A stretch of 63,360 nucleotides of DNA, the filler included, from Folioceros fuciformis (taxonomy: Eukaryota): NCBI GenBank assembly GCA_049999805.1. It is 8 parts of 8 records of this genome, joined end to end, with 100 filler letters (N's around TTAATTAATTAA, not from the genome) between each part and the next. Parts side by side here need not be neighbours in the genome. Positions count along the whole stretch, not along the records: positions 37,677 to 47,090 come from JBNGIO010006206.1; positions 47,191 to 56,237 come from JBNGIO010006208.1; positions 56,338 to 58,783 come from JBNGIO010006210.1; 5 more parts are not named here. One strand, written 5' to 3'. The number at the start of each line of letters is the position of its first letter. Position 1 is the stretch's first letter. Both the position numbers and the translations under genes were made by a program. Of this stretch, positions 46,010 through 58,883 are shown in pieces. The notes under the pieces were generated by a model. It saw nothing but the letters and a program-made list of their open reading frames with translations, was not told the origin of the DNA and ran no database searches.

Positions 46010-47090
46010 TACTCCCCTTCTCATTTGTTGGCGTCCTCGCCAACTACTGATAATATTTCTTCACCCGCAAGCCATTAACCCTAGTTGGCAAGTTAGGGCC
46101 GTTGAGGTGCTGCAGTTGGATGGACCCATTCTCATACACTTCCAGCACCCTGTAAGGTCCCATCCATGTCAAGTGTAGCTTACCTGGAAAGTGCATGTAC
46201 CTATTGTCATATAACAATGCTAAATCTCCAAGCAAAACATACTCTTGTTTACGCAACTTCTGGTCGTGCCACTTCTTCCTCCTCTCCTGAACATCAAGGA
46301 AAACAGCCAAGGCCCGTTCCCTATCCTCATCATGCTGCACAAAACTAGTTAGCCTCTCCAGTTGGCTCTCCTCCACGGTCAATCGATTGCTCTCCTGCAT
46401 TCTCAAGGTAGGTACCTCAAATTCGATGGGCATGACCGGTGAGTGTCCATAGGTGAGGTAATAAGGGGTCTGCTGGGTAGTAACCTTCTCAGCAGTCCTA
46501 TACGCCCACAAGGCTGAATGGAGCTTCCTATCCCAATCATGAGCATAGGTGACGGTGACCTTGCCTAGAATCTTGCACAACAGCCCATTAGCCTTCTCCA
46601 TGAGTCCATTGGCCTTAGGGTTGTAGGGAGTGGTCTTCCTATGACTGATATTGAAATATTCAGTCATGTGCTTGACTACGTCATTGATGAAGTGAGTCCC
46701 CCTATCACTCACCAGCTCCAACGGGCACCCATACCTTGTGATGATTTGCTCAAACAAAAATTGGGCCACCACATTTGCTGTGTCCACGGGCAAAGCTTGG
46801 GCCTCTACCATGCGTGTGCAGTAGTCAGTTGCCACCAAGATGTATTGGTTCTGCCTTCCCTTGGACTTGGGCTGAATTGGTCCTACAAAATCAATCCCCC
46901 ACTTCTCAAATGGTGCTAGGGCTAGGATGGGGACCAATGGCCATTGTGTGGTCCTAGTAGGCTTCCCCACCCTTTGGCATGCATCACACCTCTTGATGAA
47001 TTCTCCAGCATCAGCATGCATTGTTGGCCACCAATACCCTGCTGCCAGAATTTTTCTACAGGTCACATGGGCTGCATAATGGCCTCCAGC
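46010..47090 (-). mobile_element. PPT + integrase of a second, tandem copy of element D
   Basis: Apparently identical to 38193-39273 (offset 7817); the ORF translations are identical. Confidence 0.88.
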
Positions 47091-47190
47091 NNNNNNNNNN
47101 NNNNNNNNNNNNNNNNNNNNNNNNNNNNNNNNNNTTAATTAATTAANNNNNNNNNNNNNNNNNNNNNNNNNNNNNNNNNNNNNNNNNNNN

Positions 47191-50100
47191 TGTTTTTGGT
47201 TCAGCTTTAACAGAACTGTCTGCTTTGGTGGCAGGTGTTGCCCTGTGACGGCGAAAGTCTATGGATTCATATGGAGTCTCCTTCCATTGATCTCGAGGTA
47301 GCCTGTGTCTCCTAGGATACCTAGTCTCTGGTTCCATGGGTCGAGGCTCCTCTAAATTCTGTGGACCAGGTTCATCTTCAAAGAAATCATCAAGATTGTC
47401 AGGGAGGTTGACTCCATTTTCAATATCTACATCTGAATCGGCATTTCTTGGTTGTGCTTGTGCAGCATCAGCAGCCTGCAGTTGCTGTGCTACCACCTGC
47501 GGCTGTTGTGCAACTTGCTGCAGTTGCTGTGGTGCAACTTGCGGAGCAGCGTGTACAGGCTGTGGTTGCTACTGTGCAACTTGCTGTACTGGCGGATTTT
47601 GAACTGGCATATTTATCTGCTGAGCCTGAATTTCGCCCCCATCAGGTGTAGATGTTGAATCATCTTGAGGGTATTCAGCTGGTACTTCATCCAGGTTGTC
47701 GGAAGCTGTAAGGGCAGGGGGCTCACCTATTTGTGAATGTGCAGGTAAGAGCAACTCCTTGAAGGTGACACTGCGTGCATACGTAAGTGTATTTGAAGAT
47801 GGGTCATAAAGCTTGTAGGCTTTGGCCTCTTCGCCATAGCCGACAAAAATAAGAGAACGAGCTCTGGCCTCCAGTTTTCGTCGTTTGGCTTCAGGTATGA
47901 ACGCATAGGCAGACCCGAACACTCTCAAATATAAGAGACTTGGTTTCTTTCGCCAAATCACCTCAAACAGTGTTTTGTCAGGTACTGCACTTGTCAAAAT
48001 TCTGTTAAGAATGTATGTTGCAGTCACTACTGCTTCTGCCCAGTAGGCCTTGCTGAGACCTGCCCACTCTAACATACTTCTTGTCATGCCAAGCAGGGTC
48101 TGATTATGACGCTCTGCCACACCATTTTGTTGTTGTGTGTAAGGCACAATGAGTTGTCGAACAATACCATGTTCAACAAGAAGTTGATCAAACTCAATAT
48201 TCACAAATTCAGATCCGTTGTCAGAACGGAGACATTTCAACAGCTGGCCTGTTTGCCTTTCGGCCATAAGCAACCATTCACTGAAAAAGGTAAGTGTGTC
48301 AAATTTCCTGTGAAGAGGGTAGGTCCAAGAGTACCGGCTGTAGTCATCTGTGATTGTGAGATAATATAAGGCTCCTCCCAATGATGGCACATGTATTTTA
48401 CCAGAAATATCAGCGTGCACGAGCTCTAAGGGTTGGGATGCCCTGTGGGCAACCTGCTTTGGAAAAGGAAGTTCCTTTTGCTTTGATATGATGCAGGCGT
48501 CACATAAGGGCAAATCCTTGAAGCATTTGGGAAGGGGATCCCTATAGCATGTCATTTGTGACATTTTGATTAACTTATCTTTGTTTGCATGCCCCAAACG
48601 GGCATGCCACAAACTGGCCTGTGCAGCTTAAGACCTTCCTGTGAGGTGAACAATCTCTGCAGGTATACATTTCAAACTCAACTTGTACAGGTCATCAGAG
48701 AGGAAGCCTTGTGCAACCACTCGTTCTGGTACTCCTTTCATTGTAAGCTTGCAGCCAGTAGAAGTGAAGCTCAAATCAAACTGCTGCATGTTCATCAGCT
48801 CACTAACAGATAGCAAATGCTTTGCCATGCGAGGAACGTACAACACATCATCCAACTGGAGGACTGCACCATTTTTAAGCCGAAATCGGCATGTACCAGT
48901 TCCTTCAATTCTCAGACCTGTGTGAGTAAGCTCATCTCCTAACAAAACTTTATCTGTTCTCTCTGAAGCTTTAAAATGACTGAGGAGTGCTCTGTTGTTA
49001 CAGATGTGTGAAGTGGCCCCGGAGTCAAGATATCAAGAACCAGACGAGTGTTTTGGAGCTGCTGAAAGGCATACAATCATGACAACAGGTTGCTTTGCTG
49101 AAGAAGAGTCCTTGGCAACACAATGTGCTTCAGCCTGCCTCTGAGGCTTCTCAGCACGCTTTGGGTCACCAGCCTTTTTCTTCCTACATTCTCGCTCCCA
49201 GTGTCCAGGCAGTCCACACCAGTTGCACGAACCACTCCTCTTCTGCGTAGATGCACCAGATTTGGACGATCCTCCAACTGTTGATGATTGCTTGCCCTTG
49301 CCTATAGTCTTCCCTTTTGTGAATAACACTTTGTCATTTTTGGTACGTCCTGGTTGACCAGTTTTCGGCCGACTCTACTCTTCAAACATCAAGGCACCAA
49401 CAACATCAGTGAGTTGAATTCTTGCAGGCTTCCCGGCAGCAACAGCTTTCTCTGCAGCCCGGACAGATGCTCCGTAGCCAGAGATGAAAGTTTGATAACT
49501 GCTGGGCAAGCTTGTTAAGAGTTGTGACACAACATCTAATTCATTGAATGTAGATCCAAGACTTATCAGCTGTGCTCGAAGTTGTCGGTACTTGGCGATG
49601 AAGGGAGCCACCTTCTCATTCTCTTTCAAACACATAGAGAAAAGCTCAGCTCTAACAGCACACAAGGTTAGTATGCTTTTCACTTCATACGTTTGTCAAA
49701 GGGTGGTCCAAACTTCCTCTGCTTTGTCTATGTACTCAACCTCAGGTACTATCACCTCATCTAAACCAGCGATGATGAAAGCTCGGGCCACTGTGTTAAG
49801 GTTGTTCCATTTGTCTTTCTCATCCTGGGTAGTTGATGCAGGTGGTGCCTGAAGTGTTCCGCTTGCCACAGGCCAGAGATGTCGTGCCTCCAGCGCTGAC
49901 TTCATCCTCACACGCCATATCTCGTACTTCGTCCCGTTGAAGCACAATCGCTCCTTAAAATCCACAGCATATGCTGGTGGAAGAGGAGTTGGTGGTGCAG
50001 GGAGCGGAAGAGGAGGTGGAGGCGGTGGTGGAGGCGGCGGTGGAGGTGGAGGCGGCAGTAGTGCATTAGACATTTCACAAAGTTACTCACACGCTTTTGC

Positions 50101-51223
50101 AGAGGAGCACTAGATCTTGCATCCTTGCAGTGAGTTGAAGCGACGTGCAGGAGGCTGACGACGGTTGGCTCCTTCTGGTGCCAGCCGAAGTGGACAGCCA
50201 ACTCACACCGTTTCGCATGTGCAAACGCGCTGTTAGCTTACAACGCGCCGATCCAGATCAGGAGTGCCAGCTTGGTGGGCTTAGCGCGCCTGTTCGCCGG
50301 ATCCTCTCACAACGGTTCATATCTTGGTACACCCGTGGAGCTCATGCGATCTTGCTGTCGAATCTCTCCAATCAGCAGCACGCGCTCGAGATGCCAGCCG
50401 TGCTTGCTGAATTGACAGATCGTCAGTTTTTGCTTGCACGATGTCCAGATCTCGGAGCCGGAGCAGAATGCAATCTCTCCCAGGTAAATTTCGTGTTGTT
50501 TCGTCGTAGAATTGCCTTGAATCACTCGCTCTGTAATGGAGTTGTGAATCAATCCTGCCAAGTTCCCTGATGCTGTCAATTGTCGCAGGTGAACGCAATT
50601 CTTGCTGAACACCGGCTCTAAAGTGGGGACATTGTTGTGAGACGTTGCCCTGCTGTCTCCTGCGGTTTCGCTCCCTCACGAAGTGAGCCACGTTCCTTGG
50701 TACTTGGTACTTGGGTTGTGGCACAAGCTGGGCAGGGCGGCGCCTCGACATCCTCACTTCAGCATAGTTTGTATCTCGACAGGCTAGAGCAGTGGAATTT
50801 CGTGATTTTCTAGTCCAATGCAAGTAGCTCTTTGCATTTTTTATTTTATTTTATTTTTTTTCGTTCAGACTAAAAAGTGTGATGCAGGCGGAGGGGTCTG
50901 CAACTAGACACTTGATTAGACATGCACTCTATAGTGAATGCCTAGTGATGTGTTTAGCTGCGTATCCCATCACTAGCACTCACAATTGAACGAGCTCTGA
51001 TACCATGTTTGGGGATCGTTCGATAAGAATACAAAACTTGGATAACAAACTTGCCAAATGAACGAACGATTAATTGATGATAAGTTTCTCCTTATATACA
51101 AAATTGTAAAGTCATGTCCTTTCGTAATTAGGTTTAACTAAGTCACTTTGATATACATGGCCCTAATCTAACTGGCGTATGTTTATATAACGTGTAACCC
51201 TAACGGCACGGTTACTCTCAACA
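47191..51223 (-). mobile_element. Ty1/copia element C (same family as A): LTR, PBS, extra ORF, degenerate gag-PR-INT
   Basis: LTR 51006-51223 (TGTT...AACA), PBS at 51005-50994, gag ATG at 50073 with poly-Pro. Motifs CNWCGLPGHWEREC, *YLDSGATSH and integrase VHADISG/LRSDNGSEF. Several frameshifts and stops. Confidence 0.92.
50317..50751 (-). CDS. Extra 144-aa ORF upstream of gag in copia C
   Basis: MSRRRPAQLVPQPKY...ILLRLRDLDIVQAKTDDL, at the same position relative to the PBS as in element A. Confidence 0.5.
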   Translation of the reverse strand: MSRRRPAQLVPQPKYQVPRNVAHFVRERNRRRQQGNVSQQCPHFRAGVQQELRSPATIDSIRELGRIDSQLHYRASDSRQFYDETTRNLPGRDCILLRLRDLDIVQAKTDDLSIQQARLASRARAADWRDSTARSHELHGCTKI

Positions 51224-52771
51224 CTCCAAAGTTGGCCAGCATATTCACTAAGGAAATCTTCAGACTTCACGGCTGCCCACAAAACATCGTTTCAAACCGC
51301 AACCCTAAATTCACAGTAGGGTTTTGGCGAGCCTTCACCGAAACCTTGGGCATCTGGTAGAGTTTAACTTCCACATGCCATCCTGAATTTGATGGTCAAA
51401 CAGAACGTCAGATACAGGTGCTTGAAGATATGTTGAGGCACTACACGCATGATAAGCAAGACAAGTGGGAAGAGTTCCTACCTCTCCTCAAATACGCCTA
51501 CAAAAGCTCCAAAGATGCGGCCACAGAAGTGTCCCCCTTCAAGTTGTTATATGGAGAGAACCCACCACCACCCGGATTATGGCCCGCTAGCGAAGCCAAA
51601 TGGAGGATCGCAACTGAGGTTGTTGAAGACATCTAGCATGAGATGCACAAAGCAAAGCAAAATCTTTTATCATCTCAGGATCGCACCAAAAAGTCGAGCA
51701 ACAAGCATAGGCGGGAAATTTCTTACACCATCAGCCAGTTGGTGTGGTTACGAATTCGTCCTCACTGGTATCCATCACTACTCCAGCAAAAGCACAAGTT
51801 GGCGTATCGGTTTGCAGGCCCCTTCAAGATCTTACGCAAGGTCAATGAAGTCGCCTACACACTCCATCTTCCAGCTGGTTGGCGCATGTGTCACACCTTC
51901 CATGTGAGCATGCTGAAAACCAGTGATCCAGAGACCCACCCAGCTTGCCCAGTCGCTGCCTGTAGACTCCGTCGACAAGGGCAACCCGAAAACCCTAGCC
52001 GCAACGAACAACCTTGCTGCTTCACCAACACGGCATAACTCTCCAGACTCCACCACGACAAACAACTCGACCACCACACCACCGACATCAATCACACCAC
52101 CCCAACCAAACTCCTCAGCACGGAGGCGGAGCAAATTTCCCCGCCATCCCCAGCTCACCGACCTCATCCAACCAGATAGGATCCTTGAGGTACGCACTTG
52201 TCACTTGTGAAACCGATCTATCCGTGATTGCTTGGTTGGATGGAGCCAGGAACCAGATACTTCTGCCACTTGGGAGCCAGAAGACTTCTGCATATAATTT
52301 CCTCACCTCAGCCAGCAACTCGAGGGCCTGGAGGACTAGGCCTCTTGCAGTGGGGGAGAATGTTACGATCGCTAGGAGCAGGAACGCTTGTGACGATCAC
52401 CAGCATGGGAGACGAAGCCATAGAGGAGGCAGGAGCCCAGCTAGGTTTTATAACACCAGAGGGGTACCCACAAAAAAACCTGACTGTGATAGTGTGAAAC
52501 GGAGCGGGCCAGATAAAAGCATGCTAGAGTAAAATATACATACGTTACAATATTGGCTAGGTAAAGTAAACTAGATTAGGTTAGAATTTCCGTTCACCCT
52601 AGGAGGATGTTAGAGTTAGTTACTCGGGCCTTCTTTGCCTGAACCAGAACTACCCTTCTTATACCGCAGACACTAAACCAAAAGTAGCCTATTGCAGACG
52701 GCTCACTCACGTTTCTGAGGACCAGTCCTGAAAATTCAGTTGGGCTTAAGCCACAGATTAGGAACGTGACA
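51224..52771 (+). mobile_element. Degenerate chromovirus gypsy remnant F: integrase, chromodomain, PPT, 3' LTR (52361-52771)
   Basis: IFRLHGCPQNIVSNRNPKF, HPEFDGQTER, RFAGPFKI, FHVSMLK, PDRILEVR...ATWEP. PPT tgggggagaa, then LTR TGTTACG...CGTGACA. Confidence 0.85.
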
Positions 52772-53485
52772 ACTATTTTCTATTACTGATAAAGAGATGG
52801 AAAGTCTCATCTACTCTGAAGATTGGAAGAACAACCCGAGAATGGCTAATGGCCAAAAAGGGTACTAGCCCCCTTCAAACATCATTCTAAAAAACTACCT
52901 ACTGCTTCCAAAATATCATGATGTAGAATAACAAAAGGCCTACCTACCACCGGTGCCGAAGAATCCGATTGACCTAAGCTTATTATTGTTCTAAAAACCA
53001 TGTTGGCCAAAGCTCTTTGCAAAGCAATGGATAGGCGTTGTCGAAAGAAGGCCACCACATAGGAAAGAGGGGAACACCAATCCCATGACTCTGATAAACC
53101 TTGGTGCACTCCTTCATGAACCTTGAAAAGTCTTTGCCCATGGCTTCATGAATCTTAAGAGCAAGCAGGATGAAAATATGCCCGTAGTGCAAGGGAGAAA
53201 ACTTATGGACTTTGGCCCTTGCACAACCCTCTGCCGCCCATCCAGGGGGGTTGATGACAATTTGCTTGCAAATCAAATCCTTAGTGGGGCATCCGTAGCA
53301 ACCACATCAACGACACAAACTTATTCCCCCTACTGAAAAAAGGTTGGCTCCAAATGAAAACCCCATTGCGCAAAGTATATGAATGCTTCTTATACAAACG
53401 AAACCCGCACTCCCTAGCCATTGAAGACATAACCCACTTGATAGTAGCAATGCATGAAAATGATTGAGACCAACAATCACATGAC
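52772..53485 (-). mobile_element. Degenerate 3' remnant of a CRE-like (restriction-like endonuclease) non-LTR retrotransposon, copy 1
   Basis: VVDVV.TD, GWAA...AKVHKF...IF.LLAL.IHEAMGKDF, AFFRQRLSIALQRA resemble the RLE C-terminus. Homologous to 54465-55535. Confidence 0.6.
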
Positions 53486-54464
53486 CTACTGATGTGTAGC
53501 ATTCATAGCAATGTTTTCTTTCCATTTTCTAAACTCAAGGTTCTTCATAAATAAATGAGTGGTATGAAAGACATTAGTGATATTGAATGCCTCAAAATTC
53601 AACCAATTGAAGGCCCAGTGATTCCATTTCCTATTTTTATCATTTTCAACTCTTTTAGCATAATATAAACTCATTTTGACGAGTCCTTATGTTTCTTCTC
53701 AAAGTCTAAACCATAAACAAGTAATAAGAATCTTTATGGTATTTGGCAATCTTGACATGTTTGGCTCAAGCTCAGCTCCAAGTATAGATTATATCTAGCT
53801 CATTCTAGTACAACATGAAGATTAAAGAGCATAAGGTAATTGTGAGAGACAACTTCAATACAAGTCTAAGAGGAGGAGTAGTCTGAGAAATCATAAATGA
53901 ACGAAATCATTTGTACACTACAATTTGAGCATATTCTATAAAAATCCTAAACATCTATACTCTAGTTGAACTTGATAATGACCTTGTTGCTTAAAACCCT
54001 CATAATTGAATAAATTTTAAAATAAAAGAAATATTTACTTTGCATAAAAGAAACCTAAACTCTTCAAAATTGATGTTTTTTGTACAGATATTTGGTCATG
54101 GGAAAAAGCCTCTAAGTAGAAAAAAGGATGATAGGAGAAACCCCTTTCTCCACATATAATGTTTCATATGAAAAGTCTAAGCATGGAATGCACTTGTTAC
54201 CCTTGATTGAGCCTATTTACGTAGAAGCTTAAAAATGTTGATTAGGCAATTCTAATGGGCTTATGAGGTTTGATCACACCTTATAGATTAATGGGAGGTA
54301 GCTTGCCTTATGTAAAGAGTGTGAGAATGTAAGGCAATTATTAAACCTCAACCAAAGCATAATCACTTGCTTACGTTGATCTAACACAAACACAAGCTCA
54401 ATCATAATGGTCACCCTCAATCAATGTGGAGTCCCTTTCATAAACTGGTTTAATTAAGGGAAGG

Positions 54465-55535
54465 ATTATTTTCTATTATTCATAAAGAGATGGAAAATCC
54501 CATCTACTCCGAAGATTGAAAGAAGAACCCGAAAAGGGCTAATGGCCAAAATGGGTACTAGCCCCCTTCAAGCATTATTCTAAAAAACTACCTACTACTT
54601 CCAAAATATCATGATGCAAAATAACAAAAAGGCCTACTTTCCACTGGTACCGAAGAAGCCACTTAACCTACAATTATTGCTATTTTAAAAACCATGTTGG
54701 CCAAAGCTCTTTGCAAAGCAATAGATAGGAGTNNNNNNNNNNNNNNNNNNNNNNNNNNNNNNNNNNNNNNNNNNNNNNNNNNNNNNNNNNNNNNNNNNNN
54801 NNNNNNNNNNNNNNNNNNNNNNNNNNNNNNNNCTCTTTGCAAAGCAATAGATAGGAGTTGTCGAAAGAAGGCCACCACAATTATTACTATTCTAAAAACC
54901 ATGTTGGCCAAAGCTCTTTGCAAAGCAATAGATAGGAGTTGTCGAAAGAAGGCTACCACAATTATTGCTATTCTAAAAACTATGTTGGCCCAAGCTCTTT
55001 GCAAAGCAATAGATAGGAGTTGTCGAAAGAAGGCCACCACAATTATTACTATTCTAAAAACCATGTTGGCCAAAGCTCTTTGCAAAGCAATAGATAGGAG
55101 TTGTCGAAAGAAGGCCACCACATAGGAAAGAGGGGAAACACCATTCCCATGACTCTAATAAACCTTGGTGCACTCCTTCATGAACCTTGAAAAGTCCTTG
55201 CCCATGGCTCCATGAGTCTCAAGAGCAAGCGGGATGAAAATATGCCCGTCGTGCAAGAGAGAAAACTTATAGACTTTGGTGCTTGCACAACCCTTTGCCG
55301 CCCATCCAAGGGGGTTGATGACGATGTGCTCGCAAATCAAATCCCTAGTGGCATCCGTAACAACCACATCAACCACACAAACTTATTCCCCCTTTTGAAA
55401 AAAGTTGGCTCTAAGTGAAACCCCATTGCGCAAAACTATATGAACGCTACGAAAACCGCACTCTGTAGCCATTGAGAACATAACCCACTTGATAGCAGCA
55501 ATGCATGAAAATGATTGAGACCAACGATCACATGA
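54465..55535 (-). mobile_element. CRE-like remnant, copy 2, with internal tandem amplification
   Basis: VVDVVVTDAT...GWAAKGCASTKVYKF...IFIPLALETHGAMGKDF. Clear nucleotide similarity to copy 1. Confidence 0.6.
54671..55122. repeat. 81-bp tandem minisatellite (at least 4 units; spans a gap)
   Basis: caattatt recurs at 54878, 54959 and 55040. The unit encodes VAFFRQLLSIALQRALANMVFRIVIIV. Confidence 0.9.
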
Positions 55536-57721
55536 CTAAATCGAGCATGCGAATAGCAAGCTAGCTTCAACCCACTGAGACATCGTCGTGATTAGAGATT
55601 GGTTCTGTACTTAGCAAGTCCTATGCATAATTGATGAGCAAGCTCACAATTCTAGCTAACCAGGCGTGTTGGTCATGATCCCCAAAAGCCTCTCCACTCT
55701 TCTCGAACCTTACACTAGCTCATCAATTCCTAACATTGGTGCTAACATTCCTAACATTGGTGCTAACAACCCTAAAATATATCACGTCTTTATCTAAGCT
55801 TAGGTCTTAAGGATGTAGAGCCCCAATACAGTTACTGCTCCTACATTACCATATTATAAGTCAACATTTACCACCATAATATCTGACGTGTATAAGTAAA
55901 GATATATGAATATTCATTTAAATGACAAGAATTTTTAAATTATAGAAAATAAGTAAAATATACTATATCTTTTTCGACCACCTCTCTAGATATAGTGAAG
56001 AAACTTAACAAATATCAAAAGACCCTATTTCCTTCTTCTAAACATATTTTAGGAGCCCAATTACAAGGGTCGTAGATTAACTCAATGACATGTTGAATGT
56101 ACAACATTCAACTAGACTGAAAGCAACATCCTCATAATCCTATCCAATTTTCGAAAGTTGTACTCCTCCAAAAGATACCAACAACACTTCGCATCATGCT
56201 TCAACCGTAATCCCACGAGCGAGATCAATTTGGGAACNNNNNNNNNNNNNNNNNNNNNNNNNNNNNNNNNNNNNNNNNNNNTTAATTAATTAANNNNNNN
56301 NNNNNNNNNNNNNNNNNNNNNNNNNNNNNNNNNNNNNAGACTGAATGACTACAGTATATGTCTGTGGAGCAGTGGTAAGCGTTCAAATGTTTACGTCTGT
56401 GAGCAACTGTTGCTAGTGTTGCCTGCAGGCGAAGGTGCAGCTCTTTATTAGGAGGCTGGGCATCACATTAATCTGGGTGAACCAATCTTCTACACCGACG
56501 TGTGTATATGGAGTGTGGCACTGCTCACGTCATTGAGCAGGAGCAGGAGCAGGCAGGCCTGGGACGCTGTAGTGTAGGCACATGAGCATGAGGTCCAGGG
56601 GATTACGACTGGGATCGGGCCTTCCCAATCCCAGTCGTCTCAACTCTCCCACCCACACTTGTCCAGGGGGAATTTCACACGCCATGCTGAGAGAGATGCT
56701 CAGCTCTCCCTCCCTGCTAGCACCTCGTGCAAGTGCAGTGCGGGGGCAGCACTCCATTGGCCTCACATTGAATAGCAGCTGGTGGACGCATCCGACAACG
56801 CCAAGCAATCGGATTAAGAGCCTAGGGAGCTACATTCGATGCATGCCCAGATCGCCCTCACCCAGTACCTGCACCTCTCGGTGCAATTTGGAACTCCTTA
56901 GTCCACTTCCCTACGTTGCTGCAGCTTTTAAGCAGCTTCCTTGGAAGCATTTCGAAGGACGACTTCTCCAGATAGCAGCAGCGGGATTTGGACACTTCTC
57001 CAGGGAGCCCGATTTGGGCACATCATGACAAACGGCGTTTACCCACCAGGATCTTGTCTGCCACAGGAACGGGCTCTGGAGGGCAACTCTCCACTGCTTG
57101 CCAGACGCGTGCTCTACGCTTGCCCTCAACCACGTGACCTGCCAACGGAGCATCATCCGAACAAGGCAGCCATGCCCAGACTGTGCTTTCTGTAAGCACC
57201 TCTTACATTGCTGTATCAAATCCTTCATGATTCCCCGGCCAGAACGGCGAGCAAGGGGAGGAGGCCAGATTGGAACAACAACCCCATGCACATTCCGCAA
57301 TTTCCCATTATTATTTCCACTGCTCTCATGGACAAGTGCTGAGGCCGCTGTACGCTGTACATTTGCCTGTTTGCAGTAAGTACCGCACAGTGACTTACTA
57401 CTGTACTGGCTCTGGCTACTGTGCTATCTACCTTACAACCCCCTCTCAATAAAGGGGCGCAACCGCCTTCTGACATAGAAGAATCTACTCCAAACAACCC
57501 GGTTAACATGTCCCATCGCCAATATAGTTCTTCAAACTAGGCAGAATGTCTCCCTTTAACAAAGATAGCAGCGGTTGTCACTAACCACAGATAGGCCTTC
57601 AGTAGAGCTGTCATGGATCACCAATCGTGACAAATTCACCACTCATCAATACCCGGGCCCCAAGATGCTAACGCATGTTATCCAGCTTATGGTACAGTAA
57701 ATGTTAGACTTGCTCACTCTT

Positions 57722-58783
57722 CTACAAAGTAACTCGTGGGGTGTCTGGAACTTGATAATTTTTTTGTTTCTCGCCGTTCATTATGTCTTGCTGTCAGACA
57801 ACGCCACACAACGCGGGTCAACTTCCAGCACAACCCCACGTTACCGACAAGCAAAGGGAAAGGACTTGAGTATGGAACCAAAACTGTGTACCTCGGACGG
57901 TGCCCTCGCCTCGAACAGGGTAATTGACTTCAGATCCCAATTCAACCCACTGTGCCACCAACCACATCAGACACGAGATAAACCACGGGCACGTCTCGAA
58001 AGAAGATTGCACATGGATCTCTAATCATAGGGACTCACCTGTGAGCTACTACGAGTTGCCAGACATAAGGGACGAAAAACTCCTCCGGGTGCAACTCCTC
58101 CTCGTACGTGAACCTCAATTGCGTGAAAGTCTGACATACTCACAGTGTGAAGATAAGGAAACACAAGTACCACAGGGCAGGAATCTGTTTAGACAAACCT
58201 TCAGTCCATCTCCTCGCCAAGACCTTGTATTTGCAACAACTAATTCCAATACTTTCTCGACAGACCATTCCCCATTCAGGTGTTGATCATCCATTCGTAC
58301 ATTGAAGAACTCCAGAACCTGAAGCACCAGCAGCCTCTTCATGAGCCCACAAGCCGGCAGGATGATGAGGGGCCCAACAAGAAATGACAAAAATGTACCA
58401 ACCGTGAATATGTTCTCCAACAGCTCATAGAAACGAGGATGGTCCCGGAGTGGTGAAAAGAGTTCCTGTCTGTGTAGCAAGGCATACACGACCTGTCCAA
58501 TAGCAGGTTCACAGACCAGATAGCTATCTTAAGTATTGGCAAACAATTTTAAATACATTACTCCAATCCAATGTAGACAACAAAGACAGATGAAACAACT
58601 TACCTCTGGATTCCGAGGCAGGGCGTATGTTAAAATGGCATTGATGATCTCCAAAACAATTCGAAGAAAATCTGTATAGATATGCAAATCCGTAGGCTGT
58701 ATACACAATTGTCAGTCAGTAACCAGAAATCACGAACCTTCAAAGTATCGGGGCGTCTTGCAATTTTCACATCGACTTTTCTG
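57722..58783 (-). CDS. DYM: Dymeclin, 3' exons (5'-partial)
   Basis: Spliced exons read [31 protein letters not shown] | [30 protein letters not shown] | [26 protein letters not shown] | [27 protein letters not shown] | [12 protein letters not shown]. The last exon and stop are tentative. Confidence 0.88.
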
Positions 58784-58883
58784 NNNNNNNNNNNNNNNNN
58801 NNNNNNNNNNNNNNNNNNNNNNNNNNNTTAATTAATTAANNNNNNNNNNNNNNNNNNNNNNNNNNNNNNNNNNNNNNNNNNNN

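Noticed and set aside
54671-55122. Regularly spaced repeats resembling a CRISPR array
   Set aside because: The units are contiguous 81-bp tandem copies without unique spacers, there are no cas genes, and the context is eukaryotic.
55727-55768. 21-bp direct duplication ttcctaacattggtgctaaca
   Set aside because: A simple two-copy slippage duplication with no further structure.
56338-57500. Possible LINE 3' end (LQIAAAGFGHFSRE) with AATAAA at 57448
   Set aside because: Similarity is too weak to call without a search.
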